A stretch of 64,000 nt of DNA, taken from an uncultured Actinomycetota bacterium. GTDB taxonomy: Bacteria > Actinomycetota > Actinomycetes > Mycobacteriales > Nakamurellaceae. Shown here piece after piece: positions 18,841 through 28,205 of this stretch. Position numbers and translations under genes: made by a program. Each line of letters opens with the position of its first letter. The first letter of the stretch is position 1. The DNA lies in the NCBI GenBank assembly GCA_963730295.1, contig CAVSRE010000010.1, forward strand, positions 5,310 to 69,309, given 5' to 3'. The notes beneath the pieces were generated by a model. The model was not told where the DNA came from and made no database searches. It saw nothing but the letters and a program-made list of their open reading frames with translations.

Positions 18841-20232
18841 ATGGCGGAGGTCTCCGAGGGCGCCGGGTCGCCAGCTGGCACTCCCGCGGTCCAGGACAGG
18901 AACCCAGCTGCAGCGGATACACCCGGCGGGGCAGCGGGTACACCCGGCGGGGACCACGCAGTCGTCGAATACGGCGGTGCGCGGCTCGAATCGAGGATCG
19001 TCCGCGGCGTCCATGGCGTTTCCGGGTTGGAGATCTCCCGGCTGCTGGCGACCCTCGACGTGGTCGCGCTCGATCCGGGGTACGCCAACACCGGGTCGAC
19101 CACCTCGGCCGTGACCTACATCGACGGGGAGGCCGGAATCCTGCGCTACCGCGGGTATCCCATCGAACGGCTCGCCGCGTCGTCGAGCTTCCTGGAGACC
19201 AGCTACCTACTGATCCGCGGTGAGCTGCCCAGCCCCGCCGAACTGGACGCCTTCACCCGACGGATCAGCCGGCACACCATGCTGCACGAGGACCTGAGGC
19301 ATTTCTTCGATGGTTTCCCCCGCAACGCCGACCCGGTGTCGGTGTTGTCCAGTGCGGTCAGCGCGTTGTCCACCTTCCACGGGGACGCCCTGGACCCGTT
19401 CGACCCCGCACAGGTGGAGCTGTCCACGGTGCGGCTGCTGGCCAAGGTGCCGACGATCGCCGCCTATGCGTACCGCAAATCGGTCGGGCAGCCGTTGCTG
19501 TACCCGGACAACTCCCTCGGCTACGTCGAGAACTTCCTGCGCATGTCTTTCGGCTTCCCGGCCGAACCGTACGAGCAGAACCCCACGCTGGTCAGGGCCC
19601 TGGACCGGTTGCTGATCCTGCACGCCGACGACGAGCAGAACTGCTCCACGGCCACCGTGCGGCTCGTCGGTTCGGCGCACACCAACCTTTACGCCTCCAT
19701 CTCGGCCGGCATCAACGCCCTGCTCGGGCGGCTGCACGGCGGGGCCGACCGGGCCGTGCTGGACATGCTCGAACGGATCCGCCGCGACGGTGGTGACGTC
19801 AAGGCCTTCGTCGAGCGGGTCAAGAACAAGGAGCCCGGAGTCCGGCTGATGGGCTTCGGGCACCGGGTTTACAAGAACTACGACCCGCGGGCGGCGCTGG
19901 TCAAGGCGAGCGCCCGTGAGGTGCTGGACGACCTGGGCGCCCGGGACGAGCTGCTCGATCTGGCCCAGGAACTGGAAGCGGTCGCACTCTCGGATGACTA
20001 CTTCCTGTCCCGCAAGCTCTATCCCAACGTCGACTTCTACTCCGGCCTGATCTACCAGGCGATGGGCTTCCCGCCCAACATGTTCACCGTCCTGTTCGCG
20101 CTCGGCCGGCTCCCGGGCTGGATCGCCCATTGGCGAGAGATGATCACCGACCCGGCGACCAAGATCGGCCGCCCACGGCAGGTCTACACCGGCCATACCG
20201 CACGCGACTACGTGCCGATCACCGACCGCTGA
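18841..20232 (+). CDS. Citrate synthase (divergent GltA/CitA-like paralog)
   Basis: Motifs are ILRYRGYPIERLA, LHGGA and GFGHRVYKNYDPRA. The loop reads LLGRLHGGADRAV rather than the usual LWGPLHGGAN. The N-terminus carries an in-frame 21-bp duplication (TPGG). Confidence 0.85.
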   Translation: MAEVSEGAGSPAGTPAVQDRNPAAADTPGGAAGTPGGDHAVVEYGGARLESRIVRGVHGVSGLEISRLLATLDVVALDPGYANTGSTTSAVTYIDGEAGILRYRGYPIERLAASSSFLETSYLLIRGELPSPAELDAFTRRISRHTMLHEDLRHFFDGFPRNADPVSVLSSAVSALSTFHGDALDPFDPAQVELSTVRLLAKVPTIAAYAYRKSVGQPLLYPDNSLGYVENFLRMSFGFPAEPYEQNPTLVRALDRLLILHADDEQNCSTATVRLVGSAHTNLYASISAGINALLGRLHGGADRAVLDMLERIRRDGGDVKAFVERVKNKEPGVRLMGFGHRVYKNYDPRAALVKASAREVLDDLGARDELLDLAQELEAVALSDDYFLSRKLYPNVDFYSGLIYQAMGFPPNMFTVLFALGRLPGWIAHWREMITDPATKIGRPRQVYTGHTARDYVPITDR

Positions 20233-20251
20233 CGAATCCGGCAGTGCACGA

Positions 20252-20389
20252 ATGCCGGCCGCGGTCAACGCCTGGATCACCCGCCCCTTGCTGCTCAACG
20301 GCCGCCTGGAACTGCTCACCAACGCCGTGGACGAACTCGTCGACGAGCTGTACACCGCACTGCACCGCGCCGCCGACAGCCCTCGGTAG
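20252..20389 (+). CDS. Small helical ORF (45 aa) or gene remnant
   Basis: ATG-to-TAG ORF in which almost every third codon position is G/C (41 of 45 by my count), which is coding-like for this genome. The predicted peptide is amphipathic (LELLTNAVDELVDELYTAL). There is no clear RBS. Confidence 0.25.
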   Translation: MPAAVNAWITRPLLLNGRLELLTNAVDELVDELYTALHRAADSPR

Positions 20390-20390
20390 G

Positions 20391-20409
20391 CCGCCGCCCG
20401 GGGCGGTGG
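20391..20409. terminator. GC-rich hairpin between convergent genes (possible bidirectional terminator)
   Basis: CCGCCGC-CCGGG-GCGGTGG forms a 7-bp stem (one G-U pair) right after the small ORF stop. It lies between the citrate synthase and the convergent DUF3024 gene and has no U tract. Confidence 0.3.
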
Positions 20410-20416
20410 GGTTGAG

Positions 20417-21517
20417 TTACCCCCAGAAGGTGCCGGTCGGGTCGCGGCCGATCTCGGTGAGGAGATCGTCGATGTGGGGCGAGGCCGGCAGCTGGTCGTA
20501 GGCGCGGAAGCCGCGTTGGTGGTCGCTGCGGTACAGCGTCCAGGTGCGGGTGGTCTGGGCATAGCGCAGTCGCGCGATGGGGGAGCTGGTCCATTCCGGC
20601 CCGAAGTCCTCGCGCCACGGGGCGCGCCGTTCAATGATCGTGAGATGTGAGGCTGCGACCTGACACTCGACGCGAACTTGATGCCGGGCGCGTTCGGGCA
20701 CCCGGGCGGCGCACCAGCGCTGCGCCCGGGCAACATCGATCTCGGGCAGTCCGGTGACCGTTGCCTGGGCCGGCGGGGCCGGTTCTGCGGGCGCACGGTG
20801 GGCCGCCGCCGGGGTGGCACTGGGCCCAACGGGGTGCGGGGTTGCCTTGCCGAGCATCTCGAATGCGGCATCGAGGCGTTGCTGACGCCGCCGATTCGGT
20901 TCGTGGTTGGCGGCGGCGGCCAGGTTTTCGATGAGTTCGTCCAGTTGGTCGTCCGTCCCGGTCAGCACGACGACGTCATCGCCATCACCGCGTGCCCGGT
21001 ACACCACACGTTCGCAGTCCAGGTCCGGCAATTGGAGTTCCCGCAACGCCTGCGCGACCTGATCGGGGACGCGGATCTGCTTGACTCCGCCGATCGACTG
21101 CGGGCGAAGGCTTCTCAGGTCGTAAGGGGTGCCCTCCCAGCCACTGATATGGCCGGCGTCGCCGCAGGAATTGCACTGCCAGGCGATCGGCCCCGCAGGG
21201 TCGGCGCGGTGGACAATCATCCGACCCGCGCAGCGGCGGTTGCCCGGGCGTCGCCGGCAGCTCAAAGCGCTCACCCAGGCCGCACCGGGTTCGGCGGCGG
21301 TTGCTGCCTTCACCAGGCAACCCAACTGCTCGGCCAATCGGCGCGCAGGACCGGGGGTGTCGTCCGGCAGGTCGAGGAAATGACGTAGATCAGCGACCAG
21401 CACGCTGGACAACGTACCCGCTCGTGAGGTTGGCCCAGGTCTCTTCGGTCTCTCGGGGCGCTCCCGGGGCGGTGAGCCGGTGTCGATGTCGACGATGAGC
21501 CTGACCGTTCGCCGCAC
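20417..21517 (-). CDS. Hypothetical protein: Cys-rich (zinc-ribbon-like) N-terminal region fused to a DUF3024-like C-terminal domain
   Basis: 366 aa with a GTG start. The Cys cluster is CRRRPGNRRC...WQCNSCGD. The C-terminus VRVECQVAASHLTIIERRAPWREDFGPEWTSSPIARLRYAQTTRTWTLYRSDHQRGFRAY matches my recollection of the DUF3024 pattern. Confidence 0.65.
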   Translation of the reverse strand: MRRTVRLIVDIDTGSPPRERPERPKRPGPTSRAGTLSSVLVADLRHFLDLPDDTPGPARRLAEQLGCLVKAATAAEPGAAWVSALSCRRRPGNRRCAGRMIVHRADPAGPIAWQCNSCGDAGHISGWEGTPYDLRSLRPQSIGGVKQIRVPDQVAQALRELQLPDLDCERVVYRARGDGDDVVVLTGTDDQLDELIENLAAAANHEPNRRRQQRLDAAFEMLGKATPHPVGPSATPAAAHRAPAEPAPPAQATVTGLPEIDVARAQRWCAARVPERARHQVRVECQVAASHLTIIERRAPWREDFGPEWTSSPIARLRYAQTTRTWTLYRSDHQRGFRAYDQLPASPHIDDLLTEIGRDPTGTFWG

Positions 21518-21599
21518 ATGATCACTTGGGGCTTGTTGTCGAAGAGCCGGTAAACGCGGATGGTGAGAATGTCGCCTCTCTGGTGAGGTCGTCTGGTTG

Positions 21600-22088
21600 T
21601 GTCAGGTTTGGGTGGCCCTGTCTGAGGCAGGAATCGCAAGTTTGAGTGGCCCCACCTGATGGTCGTCGGATGCGACGACTTCAGGAGGAGATGTGAGGTC
21701 CAAGATCATGCTGTTCGAGCAGATCCGGCGGGATTCCCGGGTGGAGGGTTTGTCGGTGCGGGCGTTGGCGAAACGCCATCGGGTGCACCGCAGAACGGTG
21801 CGGCAGGCCTTGGCCTCGGCGACGCCCCCGGAACCGGCCCGGCGGAGGCGGCAGTCACGCAAGATCGACCCGTTCGTGGACGCGATCGATGCGATGTTGC
21901 GGTCGGATCTGACGGCACCGCGTAAGCAGCGGCATACCGCGGTGCGGGTGTTGGACCGGTTGGTCGACGAGCATCAGGCCACCGGGTTGTCGTATTCGAC
22001 GTTGCGGGCGTATGTCGCGGAGCGGCGGCGGGAGATCTGGGCGGAAGTCGGGCGGCAGGTGGCGGAGGTCTTCGTCCCGCAGACCCAT
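21600..22088 (+). mobile_element. IS21-family element remnant: left terminal repeat region plus truncated istA
   Basis: TGTCAGGTTTGGGTGGCCC (21600-21618) and the subterminal repeat CAAGTTTGAGTGGCCCCACC (21637-21656) precede an istA-like reading frame. Multiple subterminal repeats are typical of IS21 ends. Confidence 0.6.
21693..22088 (+). pseudogene. IS21-family transposase IstA, N-terminal ~132 codons only
   Basis: GTG start with AGGAGGAG upstream. LFEQIRRDSRVEGLSVRALAKRHRVHRRTVRQAL...APRKQRHTAVRVLDRL...SYSTLRAYV...FVPQTH is the IstA HTH region. Similarity stops at FVPQTH, and the rest of the ORF runs into the 3' end of the next gene. Confidence 0.65.
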
Positions 22089-22135
22089 CACGGACCACCA
22101 CCGACCGCCGCTTGCATCTGCGCTACCGACACCCG

Positions 22136-23155
22136 TCAGGTTGAGGTGGTGACCTCAGCGTCCAACGCAGGGCCGGTGTGAACGGAGTCAGCGGCCGCGT
22201 TCGGAGTGCGCGCGATTGTCAGGATGTCGCCGTGCCATTGCACTGGCATTGGATCAGAGAGGGCTCCAACGAAGGCACCCTCTGCGCCGATGTTGTGGAA
22301 TGCGAGCAGTACCCATGTCCCGGCGGGGTCGCGGACGAGTTTCCCGACGTAGTAGCGGCTCTCGGTGAGCGGTGTGGCTCCTTTGATGTCGAAGGGTCCG
22401 AGCGGGGACTCGCCGGTCGCCGCCCAGATCGTGCCCCGGTGGCCCGCGGCGTGTCGTTCCGCCGAGTATTCGGCGGGGAGGCAGTTGAAGATCAGCACGT
22501 GTTTGCCGTCGATGTTCGCGACTTGGAACACTTCGAGTTGTCCGAAGCCGTTGCCGGGTTGGGACAGTGGCGGCTGTACCTGCCAGTGGAGCAGGTCGGT
22601 GGAGTAGGCGTGCCCGACGATGCCGCGGTCGTCCAGGGGGCCGGTGTTCGCGCGGGCGGTGATGAGCATGTGCCAGCCGTTGCCGTCGGGGTCGGGGAAC
22701 ACCCAGGGGTCGCGCCAGTGTTCGTCCTGCCAGGGGGCGGGGCCGCCGAGGGTTTCGTACCAGCGGGCATCGGCCTGCACCAGGGGGTTTCGTTCGTCCT
22801 TGACCCAGTGGTGCAGGTCGGTGGAGGTGGCCAGGCCGATTTGTTGGATCAGGCCGGCCTCGGTGGCCGTTGTGCCGGTGTAGAACATGTACCACCGGTC
22901 GTCGGGGCCCTGCACGACGGATCCGGTCCAGGTCGCGGTGGCGTCGAACTCGCCCGGTTCGCCGTGGACGAGGGCGTCGGTGACCTGTTCCCAGTGGATC
23001 AGGTCGGTGGAGGTGGCGTGTCCGATGGCGGCGCGCAGGTGCCGCCGGTCGGGGTCGTGCAGGGCGCGGGAGGCGTGCAGGAAGAACAAGTGGTAGGTGC
23101 CGTGGTCTTCGGCGAGCCAGAAGTCCCACAGCCAGGAGTCGGGGAGGGTGAACAT
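22136..23155 (-). CDS. Clan GH-J (GH32/GH68-like) beta-fructosidase-type glycoside hydrolase, intracellular
   Basis: 339 aa with no signal peptide. WLWDFWLAED is a nucleophile-type motif. Repeated blade motifs are IGHATSTDLIHW, IGLATSTDLHHW and VGHAYSTDLLHW. WRDPWVF is the RDP motif. Confidence 0.8.
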   Translation of the reverse strand: MFTLPDSWLWDFWLAEDHGTYHLFFLHASRALHDPDRRHLRAAIGHATSTDLIHWEQVTDALVHGEPGEFDATATWTGSVVQGPDDRWYMFYTGTTATEAGLIQQIGLATSTDLHHWVKDERNPLVQADARWYETLGGPAPWQDEHWRDPWVFPDPDGNGWHMLITARANTGPLDDRGIVGHAYSTDLLHWQVQPPLSQPGNGFGQLEVFQVANIDGKHVLIFNCLPAEYSAERHAAGHRGTIWAATGESPLGPFDIKGATPLTESRYYVGKLVRDPAGTWVLLAFHNIGAEGAFVGALSDPMPVQWHGDILTIARTPNAAADSVHTGPALDAEVTTST

Positions 23156-23156
23156 G

Positions 23157-24068
23157 TCAGCCTTTCACGCCGGAGGAGGCGATGCTGTTGATGAAGGAGC
23201 GTTGGAAGGCGATGAACAACGCCAGGATCGGGATGGTGATCAGTGAGGCGTAGGCCATGATCTGGCCCCATGAGGTGTTGAGCTGTTTGAAGTAGTCGAT
23301 ACCGACCATGACCGGCCGGAGTTCCTCTGTCTGCACCACCATCAGGGGCCAGAGGTAGGAATTCCAGGCGGGCAGGAACGTCAGGATCGCGACGGTGGCG
23401 ATGGCCGGCCCGGACAGCGGCATCACGATCTTGCGGTAGATGGTGAACCAGCCGGCGCCGTCGACGATCGCGGCCTCGTCGAGTTCTTTCGGGATGGAAT
23501 CGAAGTATTGGTAGAACAGGTAGATCGAGAAGGCATTGGCGATGAACGGGATGATCTGCACCTCGTAGGTGTCCAGCCAGCCGATGGTGCCGTCGTAGTA
23601 GGGGAGTTTGTTGACCCACCACAGCAGTGGCAGGGCGAGGGTTTCGAAGGGGACGATCAGGGTGGCGATGATGACGGCGAGAAGGACCTTCCGGCCGCGG
23701 AACCTCAAGCGGGCCAACGCGAATGCGGCCATGCTGTTCACGATCAGGCCGAGTATGACGGTGAGCGCGGCAATGAGGATGGAGTTCGTCAGGAACCGCC
23801 AGAACGGGACCCGGTTGAACACCTCGGTGTAGTTGTTCAGGGAGATGTCGCCGACCGGGATAAAGGCCTTGACCGAGGTGAGGTCCCCGAAGATCTGGAT
23901 ATCGGGTTTGAGGGAGGACACCAGCATGAACACCAATGGCAGGCCGAACACGAAGCAGAGCGCGATCCGCAGGGCCAGTCCACCGATCCGCCGGCCGCGG
24001 CCAGGGTGTGCTTGTTCGGGTCCGGTTGTGGTGGTTGTTTCGGCGACGTCGGCGAAGGTGTCGCTCAT
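23157..24068 (-). CDS. Carbohydrate ABC transporter permease (MalG-type)
   Basis: 303 aa with multiple TM segments and an EAA-like loop (DEAAIVDGAGWFTIYRKIVMP). Its start overlaps the stop of the upstream permease by 4 nt. Confidence 0.9.
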   Translation of the reverse strand: MSDTFADVAETTTTTGPEQAHPGRGRRIGGLALRIALCFVFGLPLVFMLVSSLKPDIQIFGDLTSVKAFIPVGDISLNNYTEVFNRVPFWRFLTNSILIAALTVILGLIVNSMAAFALARLRFRGRKVLLAVIIATLIVPFETLALPLLWWVNKLPYYDGTIGWLDTYEVQIIPFIANAFSIYLFYQYFDSIPKELDEAAIVDGAGWFTIYRKIVMPLSGPAIATVAILTFLPAWNSYLWPLMVVQTEELRPVMVGIDYFKQLNTSWGQIMAYASLITIPILALFIAFQRSFINSIASSGVKG

Positions 24069-25012
24069 TTCTGCACATCCTTATCGCGGGTCAGGTAGCG
24101 CTGGATCAGGGAAACAGTCAGTACGAGAACGAAGAACACCAGCGAGATCGCCGAGGCGTAGCCGGTTTGCTGCTGCGCAAACCCGGCCCGGACTGCCTGG
24201 TAGACAACGGTTGTGGTGGAATCCAACGGGCCACCCTGGGTCATCACCTGTACCTGGGTGAACAGGCTGAACGCCGAGATGCTGATGGTGACCAGGATGA
24301 AGGTGCGGGTCTGCCGCAGTGCCGGCCAGGTCACGTACCGGAAGTTCTGCCAGGTGCTCGCTCCGTCCAGGGCGGAGGCCTCATAGAGGTCGCCGGGGAT
24401 GGTTTGTAGGCCGGAGAGCCAGATGACCATGTGGAAACCGACGCCCTGCCAGATCGACATGAATAGGATCGCGCCGAGGGCGGTGCTGGGGTTGCCGAGC
24501 CAGTCGGTGCCCTGGATGGCGCCGCCGGAAATGGTGCGCAGGAACGAGTTGATCAACCCGTCCGGTTGGTACATGAACTGCCAGAGCATGGAGATCACGA
24601 CCATGGACGTCACGACCGGGAGGAAGTACACGGTGCGGAAGAAGTTCACGCCCCGGACTTTCACGTTGATCAGCAAGGCCAGGCACAGCGCAATCCCGGC
24701 CTGTAGTGGGACGACGAAAACGGCGAACAGGATGGTGTTCCGCAGCGACTTGAAGAACACCGGGTCCTGGAACAACCGGGTGAAGTTGTCGATCCCGACG
24801 AACGAAGCCGGTTCAGGGGAAACAAGTTTCGCGTTGGTGAAGGCCAGTGCGAAGGTCAATGCGATGGGAATGAGCACGAATGTCGCCATCAGTACGACAG
24901 CTGGTGCGACCAGCCAGGCCGCGGCGCGGCCATGGGTGCGGCCGGTCCGGCGTTGCCGGTGGCTCAGCGCGGTCTCTGGGACGGGAGGTTCAAGTGTTGC
25001 AGTTTGTGTCAT
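24065..25012 (-). CDS. Carbohydrate ABC transporter permease (MalF-type)
   Basis: 315 aa with TM segments and the EAA loop YEASALDGASTWQNFRYVTWP. Confidence 0.9.
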   Translation of the reverse strand: MTQTATLEPPVPETALSHRQRRTGRTHGRAAAWLVAPAVVLMATFVLIPIALTFALAFTNAKLVSPEPASFVGIDNFTRLFQDPVFFKSLRNTILFAVFVVPLQAGIALCLALLINVKVRGVNFFRTVYFLPVVTSMVVISMLWQFMYQPDGLINSFLRTISGGAIQGTDWLGNPSTALGAILFMSIWQGVGFHMVIWLSGLQTIPGDLYEASALDGASTWQNFRYVTWPALRQTRTFILVTISISAFSLFTQVQVMTQGGPLDSTTTVVYQAVRAGFAQQQTGYASAISLVFFVLVLTVSLIQRYLTRDKDVQK

Positions 25013-25092
25013 GAGGACTCTCCTGGTGGGGCCCTGGGACCGTGCGAGGCGCGGAGCGCCCCCGCGCCCCGCACGGCCGGCTGATGGGGTGA

Positions 25093-26403
25093 CTACTGCT
25101 GCTGGAAGAAGTTGTTGGACTGCTGGTTCGCGTCGATATCGGCCACTGCCTGATCGAGCGCGGCCTGCGGGTCGCCGCCGTTCACGATGTCCTGCGCCGC
25201 CTTGGTGAAGGTGGTGGCGATGAAGGGGTATCCGGGTGTTTGCGGGCGGACCTCGGCGAACTTCTTCGAGTACTGCCGGAAGATGTCGTTCACTCCACCG
25301 GCCTCGTAGCCCTTGACCATCGCAGCAGCAGCGTCGGTGGCCGGGATGGTGCCGGTCGCCTCGGACACCGCGGCGACGTACTTGTCCTGCAACGAGAACT
25401 TCAGGTAGTCGAGGGCGCCCGCCGGGTTGTCACATCCGGAACTCAGCCCCCACTGCCAGGAACCGCCACCGATTTTGGGCCCGTTGCCGAAGTCCGGCGG
25501 CGGCAGGAACTCGACGTCATCACCCAATGCGGTCCGGGCTGCCTCGGCACCCCACGAACCGTTCCAGACGATCGCGCTCTTCCCGTTGAGGAAATCAGCG
25601 CCGGCGTCCTTACCTGACTTTGCCGCCATGTAACCGTCGGTCACCAGACCCTGGAACCACTTCGCCCATGCCAGCGCCTCCGGCCCGTTCAGGGTGCCGT
25701 CGGCGGTCTTGTACCCGTCGCGGTTGATCAGATCCCCGCCGAAGGACTGCAGGAACGGCGAATACGCGTACGGCCACCATTCACCGGTGTTCGCCGTCGC
25801 CAGGTCCAACGGGTTGGTCCACTGCCCGGTGGCTTTCAACGTTGCCAAGGCAGCGTTGAACTCCTCGCCCGTCCACGGCTCATCGATGGTCGGGATACGA
25901 ATGTTGTTCTGCTCCAACACCGACTTCCGCGCATACATCGCCAATGCGACATCATAAAAGCCGGCGGAATAGTTCTTACCCTCGTAGGTACCGACGGTGC
26001 TGGGCAGGAATTTGGACAGCGTGTCGTCCAACCCGTCCAGCGGGGCGAGATATCCACCCCACGCCCAGTTCGGCACGTTCGGGCCATCGATGTCCAGGAT
26101 GCACGGCAACGTCTTCGACGCCGCCGCAGCCGTCACCGACTGGTTGTAGGAGTCCTGCGGGAACGCCTGCACCTCGACCTTGTACTTGGTCTGGCTGCCG
26201 TTGTAGTCGGACACGATCTGGTTGATCGCCCCTAGTTCCTTGTCGTTGCCGGCATTGTGCGTCCACAACTTCAGCGTGGCGGTCCCATTGCTGTCGGTGC
26301 TGTCACTGCTGCTACTGCCGCCCTTACCGCAAGCGGTCAGGGATAGTGCCAGCGCAGCGGCTAAACTCACCGCTGCGAGGCGCTTCAGGGTGTGCGGAAC
26401 CAC
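25093..26403 (-). CDS. Extracellular sugar-binding lipoprotein of an ABC transporter
   Basis: Signal peptide with lipobox LSLTACG. GTG at 26401-26403 is preceded by GGAGGA (the track start at 26415 is TTG). It is a family-1 solute-binding protein. Confidence 0.85.
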   Translation of the reverse strand: MVPHTLKRLAAVSLAAALALSLTACGKGGSSSSDSTDSNGTATLKLWTHNAGNDKELGAINQIVSDYNGSQTKYKVEVQAFPQDSYNQSVTAAAASKTLPCILDIDGPNVPNWAWGGYLAPLDGLDDTLSKFLPSTVGTYEGKNYSAGFYDVALAMYARKSVLEQNNIRIPTIDEPWTGEEFNAALATLKATGQWTNPLDLATANTGEWWPYAYSPFLQSFGGDLINRDGYKTADGTLNGPEALAWAKWFQGLVTDGYMAAKSGKDAGADFLNGKSAIVWNGSWGAEAARTALGDDVEFLPPPDFGNGPKIGGGSWQWGLSSGCDNPAGALDYLKFSLQDKYVAAVSEATGTIPATDAAAAMVKGYEAGGVNDIFRQYSKKFAEVRPQTPGYPFIATTFTKAAQDIVNGGDPQAALDQAVADIDANQQSNNFFQQQ

Positions 26404-26502
26404 GGAGTCCTCCAATTGATTGACGTCCGGACTTTCCGGACTGGATCGCCCGCTGACAACGGGCCGATTACTACCAGTGGTGAAGTGCTCGTCGCACCGG
26501 TC

Positions 26503-27540
26503 CTACCGACCGGGCGGCGAACCCACCGATGCGCGACGCACCAGTGGGCACGGCAGCGTCACAACCTCCGGGACAGGTTGTTGGGTGCGAGCCTCGACAA
26601 GATCAATGAGCGTCCGGACCGCCCATTGACCCATCTCGTAATGCGGTAGAGCCAGTGTGGTCAGACCCGGCCGGAGTCCGTCAGCGACGTGCTCCTGATT
26701 GTCGAACCCCACGACGGACAGGTCGTCCGGGATCCGCAAACCAAGATCGGCCGCCGCCTGGTACGTGCCCATCGCGATCCTGTCGTTGAAGCAGAACACC
26801 CCGGTCGGACGACCCGGCCGATCAAGAAGGCTCATTGCCGCGCCATAACCAGCCGCCGCGTCCGACTTCCCGGAGATCACGATCCCCGGATCGACCTGCA
26901 CTCCGACCTCCTCCAAGCCGCGCCGGAAACCCGCCAAACGTAAACGGGTGGCAGGGATGTCGTCCACGTTGTTCAAGAACCCGATCACCCGGTGCCCATG
27001 CGCGGCCAGCTCGCGGACCGCCGACAACGCCCCGCCGACCTCATCGGGAACCACCGACGAAATCGAAGGATCATCTGATGTCGCATCCACCAGGACCGCT
27101 GCCGTCCTGCGTATCGAGGCCGGCATCTTCACCTGCCGGTGGTAGTCGGAGGCAAAAATGATGCCGTCGACCCGGCGGTCCAACAGCGCCCGAATCTCCC
27201 GTTCCTCCAATTCCGGGTCCAACCCCGAGTTCATGAACATCAGCATTGACCCGTTTTCAGCAGCTGCCCGCTGTGCACCCAGAATGGTCAGGCCGGCATA
27301 CGGGGTCGCACCGATAGCGTCGCTGACAAACCCGAAGGTATGGGTGCGCTGCAGCCGCAGACCTCGAGCCAACCGATTCGGGCTGTAGGACAACTCATCA
27401 GCGGCCGCCTTGACCCGATCCCGGGTCCCGGAATTGATCCTCCTACCCGGCACCTCATTCAAGACGTCCGACACGGTTGTCGTAGAAACCCCAGCCAACG
27501 ACGCCACGTCCTTGATGGTGCTCGGCCTGCGGAGATCCAT
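26503..27540 (-). CDS. LacI/GalR-family transcriptional regulator
   Basis: HTH is TIKDVASLAGVSTTTVSDVLN. ATG at 27538-27540. It lies upstream of, and co-directional with, the sugar ABC/GH operon. Confidence 0.85.
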   Translation of the reverse strand: MDLRRPSTIKDVASLAGVSTTTVSDVLNEVPGRRINSGTRDRVKAAADELSYSPNRLARGLRLQRTHTFGFVSDAIGATPYAGLTILGAQRAAAENGSMLMFMNSGLDPELEEREIRALLDRRVDGIIFASDYHRQVKMPASIRRTAAVLVDATSDDPSISSVVPDEVGGALSAVRELAAHGHRVIGFLNNVDDIPATRLRLAGFRRGLEEVGVQVDPGIVISGKSDAAAGYGAAMSLLDRPGRPTGVFCFNDRIAMGTYQAAADLGLRIPDDLSVVGFDNQEHVADGLRPGLTTLALPHYEMGQWAVRTLIDLVEARTQQPVPEVVTLPCPLVRRASVGSPPGR

Positions 27541-28205
27541 CGGAAGCCCAATCGGTTCGGCATCGTTGACGTGAATAGACTGACGCAGGCCCTGGAGGGG
27601 TGTCAATGTGCCGAAACTTCTTCACCCGTTCAGATGAATCGTTTCGGCAAAGCCTCGGCGAGCCCAAGCAACGTCAAAGCCGAGGGACACACCTGCCCGG
27701 TTCCATGCACTGCATGTTGGGTCCTCGAAATGTCACGCATTGGTGCACAACGCCGACCCGCCAACGGCACACGGCACGTTCTCCCTCGTGTCGCAAGGCG
27801 GGCGCGCCGCGTCCAGTCGGAAAGCGTGCCGGCAAAGCAGAACGCGCAGTGTCCGAAATGGGCCATCATTGATCCCTGGGTTGACGGAGTGACCGCAGCG
27901 GGAAGGTTTGCGGTCACGGCGTTCTCATCGGATCTGTTACCGGACGGTCCTGGACCCGGACCTGCGTGTCGTCGAGGTGCCGGATCAGTTCCTGCGTCAC
28001 CTGCGGTTCGGTAGGGGCTGCGGGGAGTTCCCCACCGAATTTATGCCGATGCAATGACGCCTGTTCTTGGGGTAGTGCGGGAGACCGCTGGGAGTCGGTG
28101 ACGGAAGCTCACCGACAAACGTGCCGACCGCGATCCTGGGGAGCTACCTGGCCCGATCGGCTGAAGTATTCCGCTACAGCCAACAAATTGCTTTGCATGA
28201 ACGGC

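Noticed and set aside
18918-18952. 21-bp direct duplication TACACCCGGCGGGG...TACACCCGGCGGGG
   Set aside because: It is an in-frame duplication encoding a TPGG low-complexity repeat in the poorly conserved N-terminus of the citrate synthase. It is not an independent element.
19207-20871. 554-aa minus-strand ORF antisense to the citrate synthase
   Set aside because: It is a shadow frame. The citrate synthase signatures on the plus strand are unambiguous, and the distal part overlaps the DUF3024 gene in another frame.
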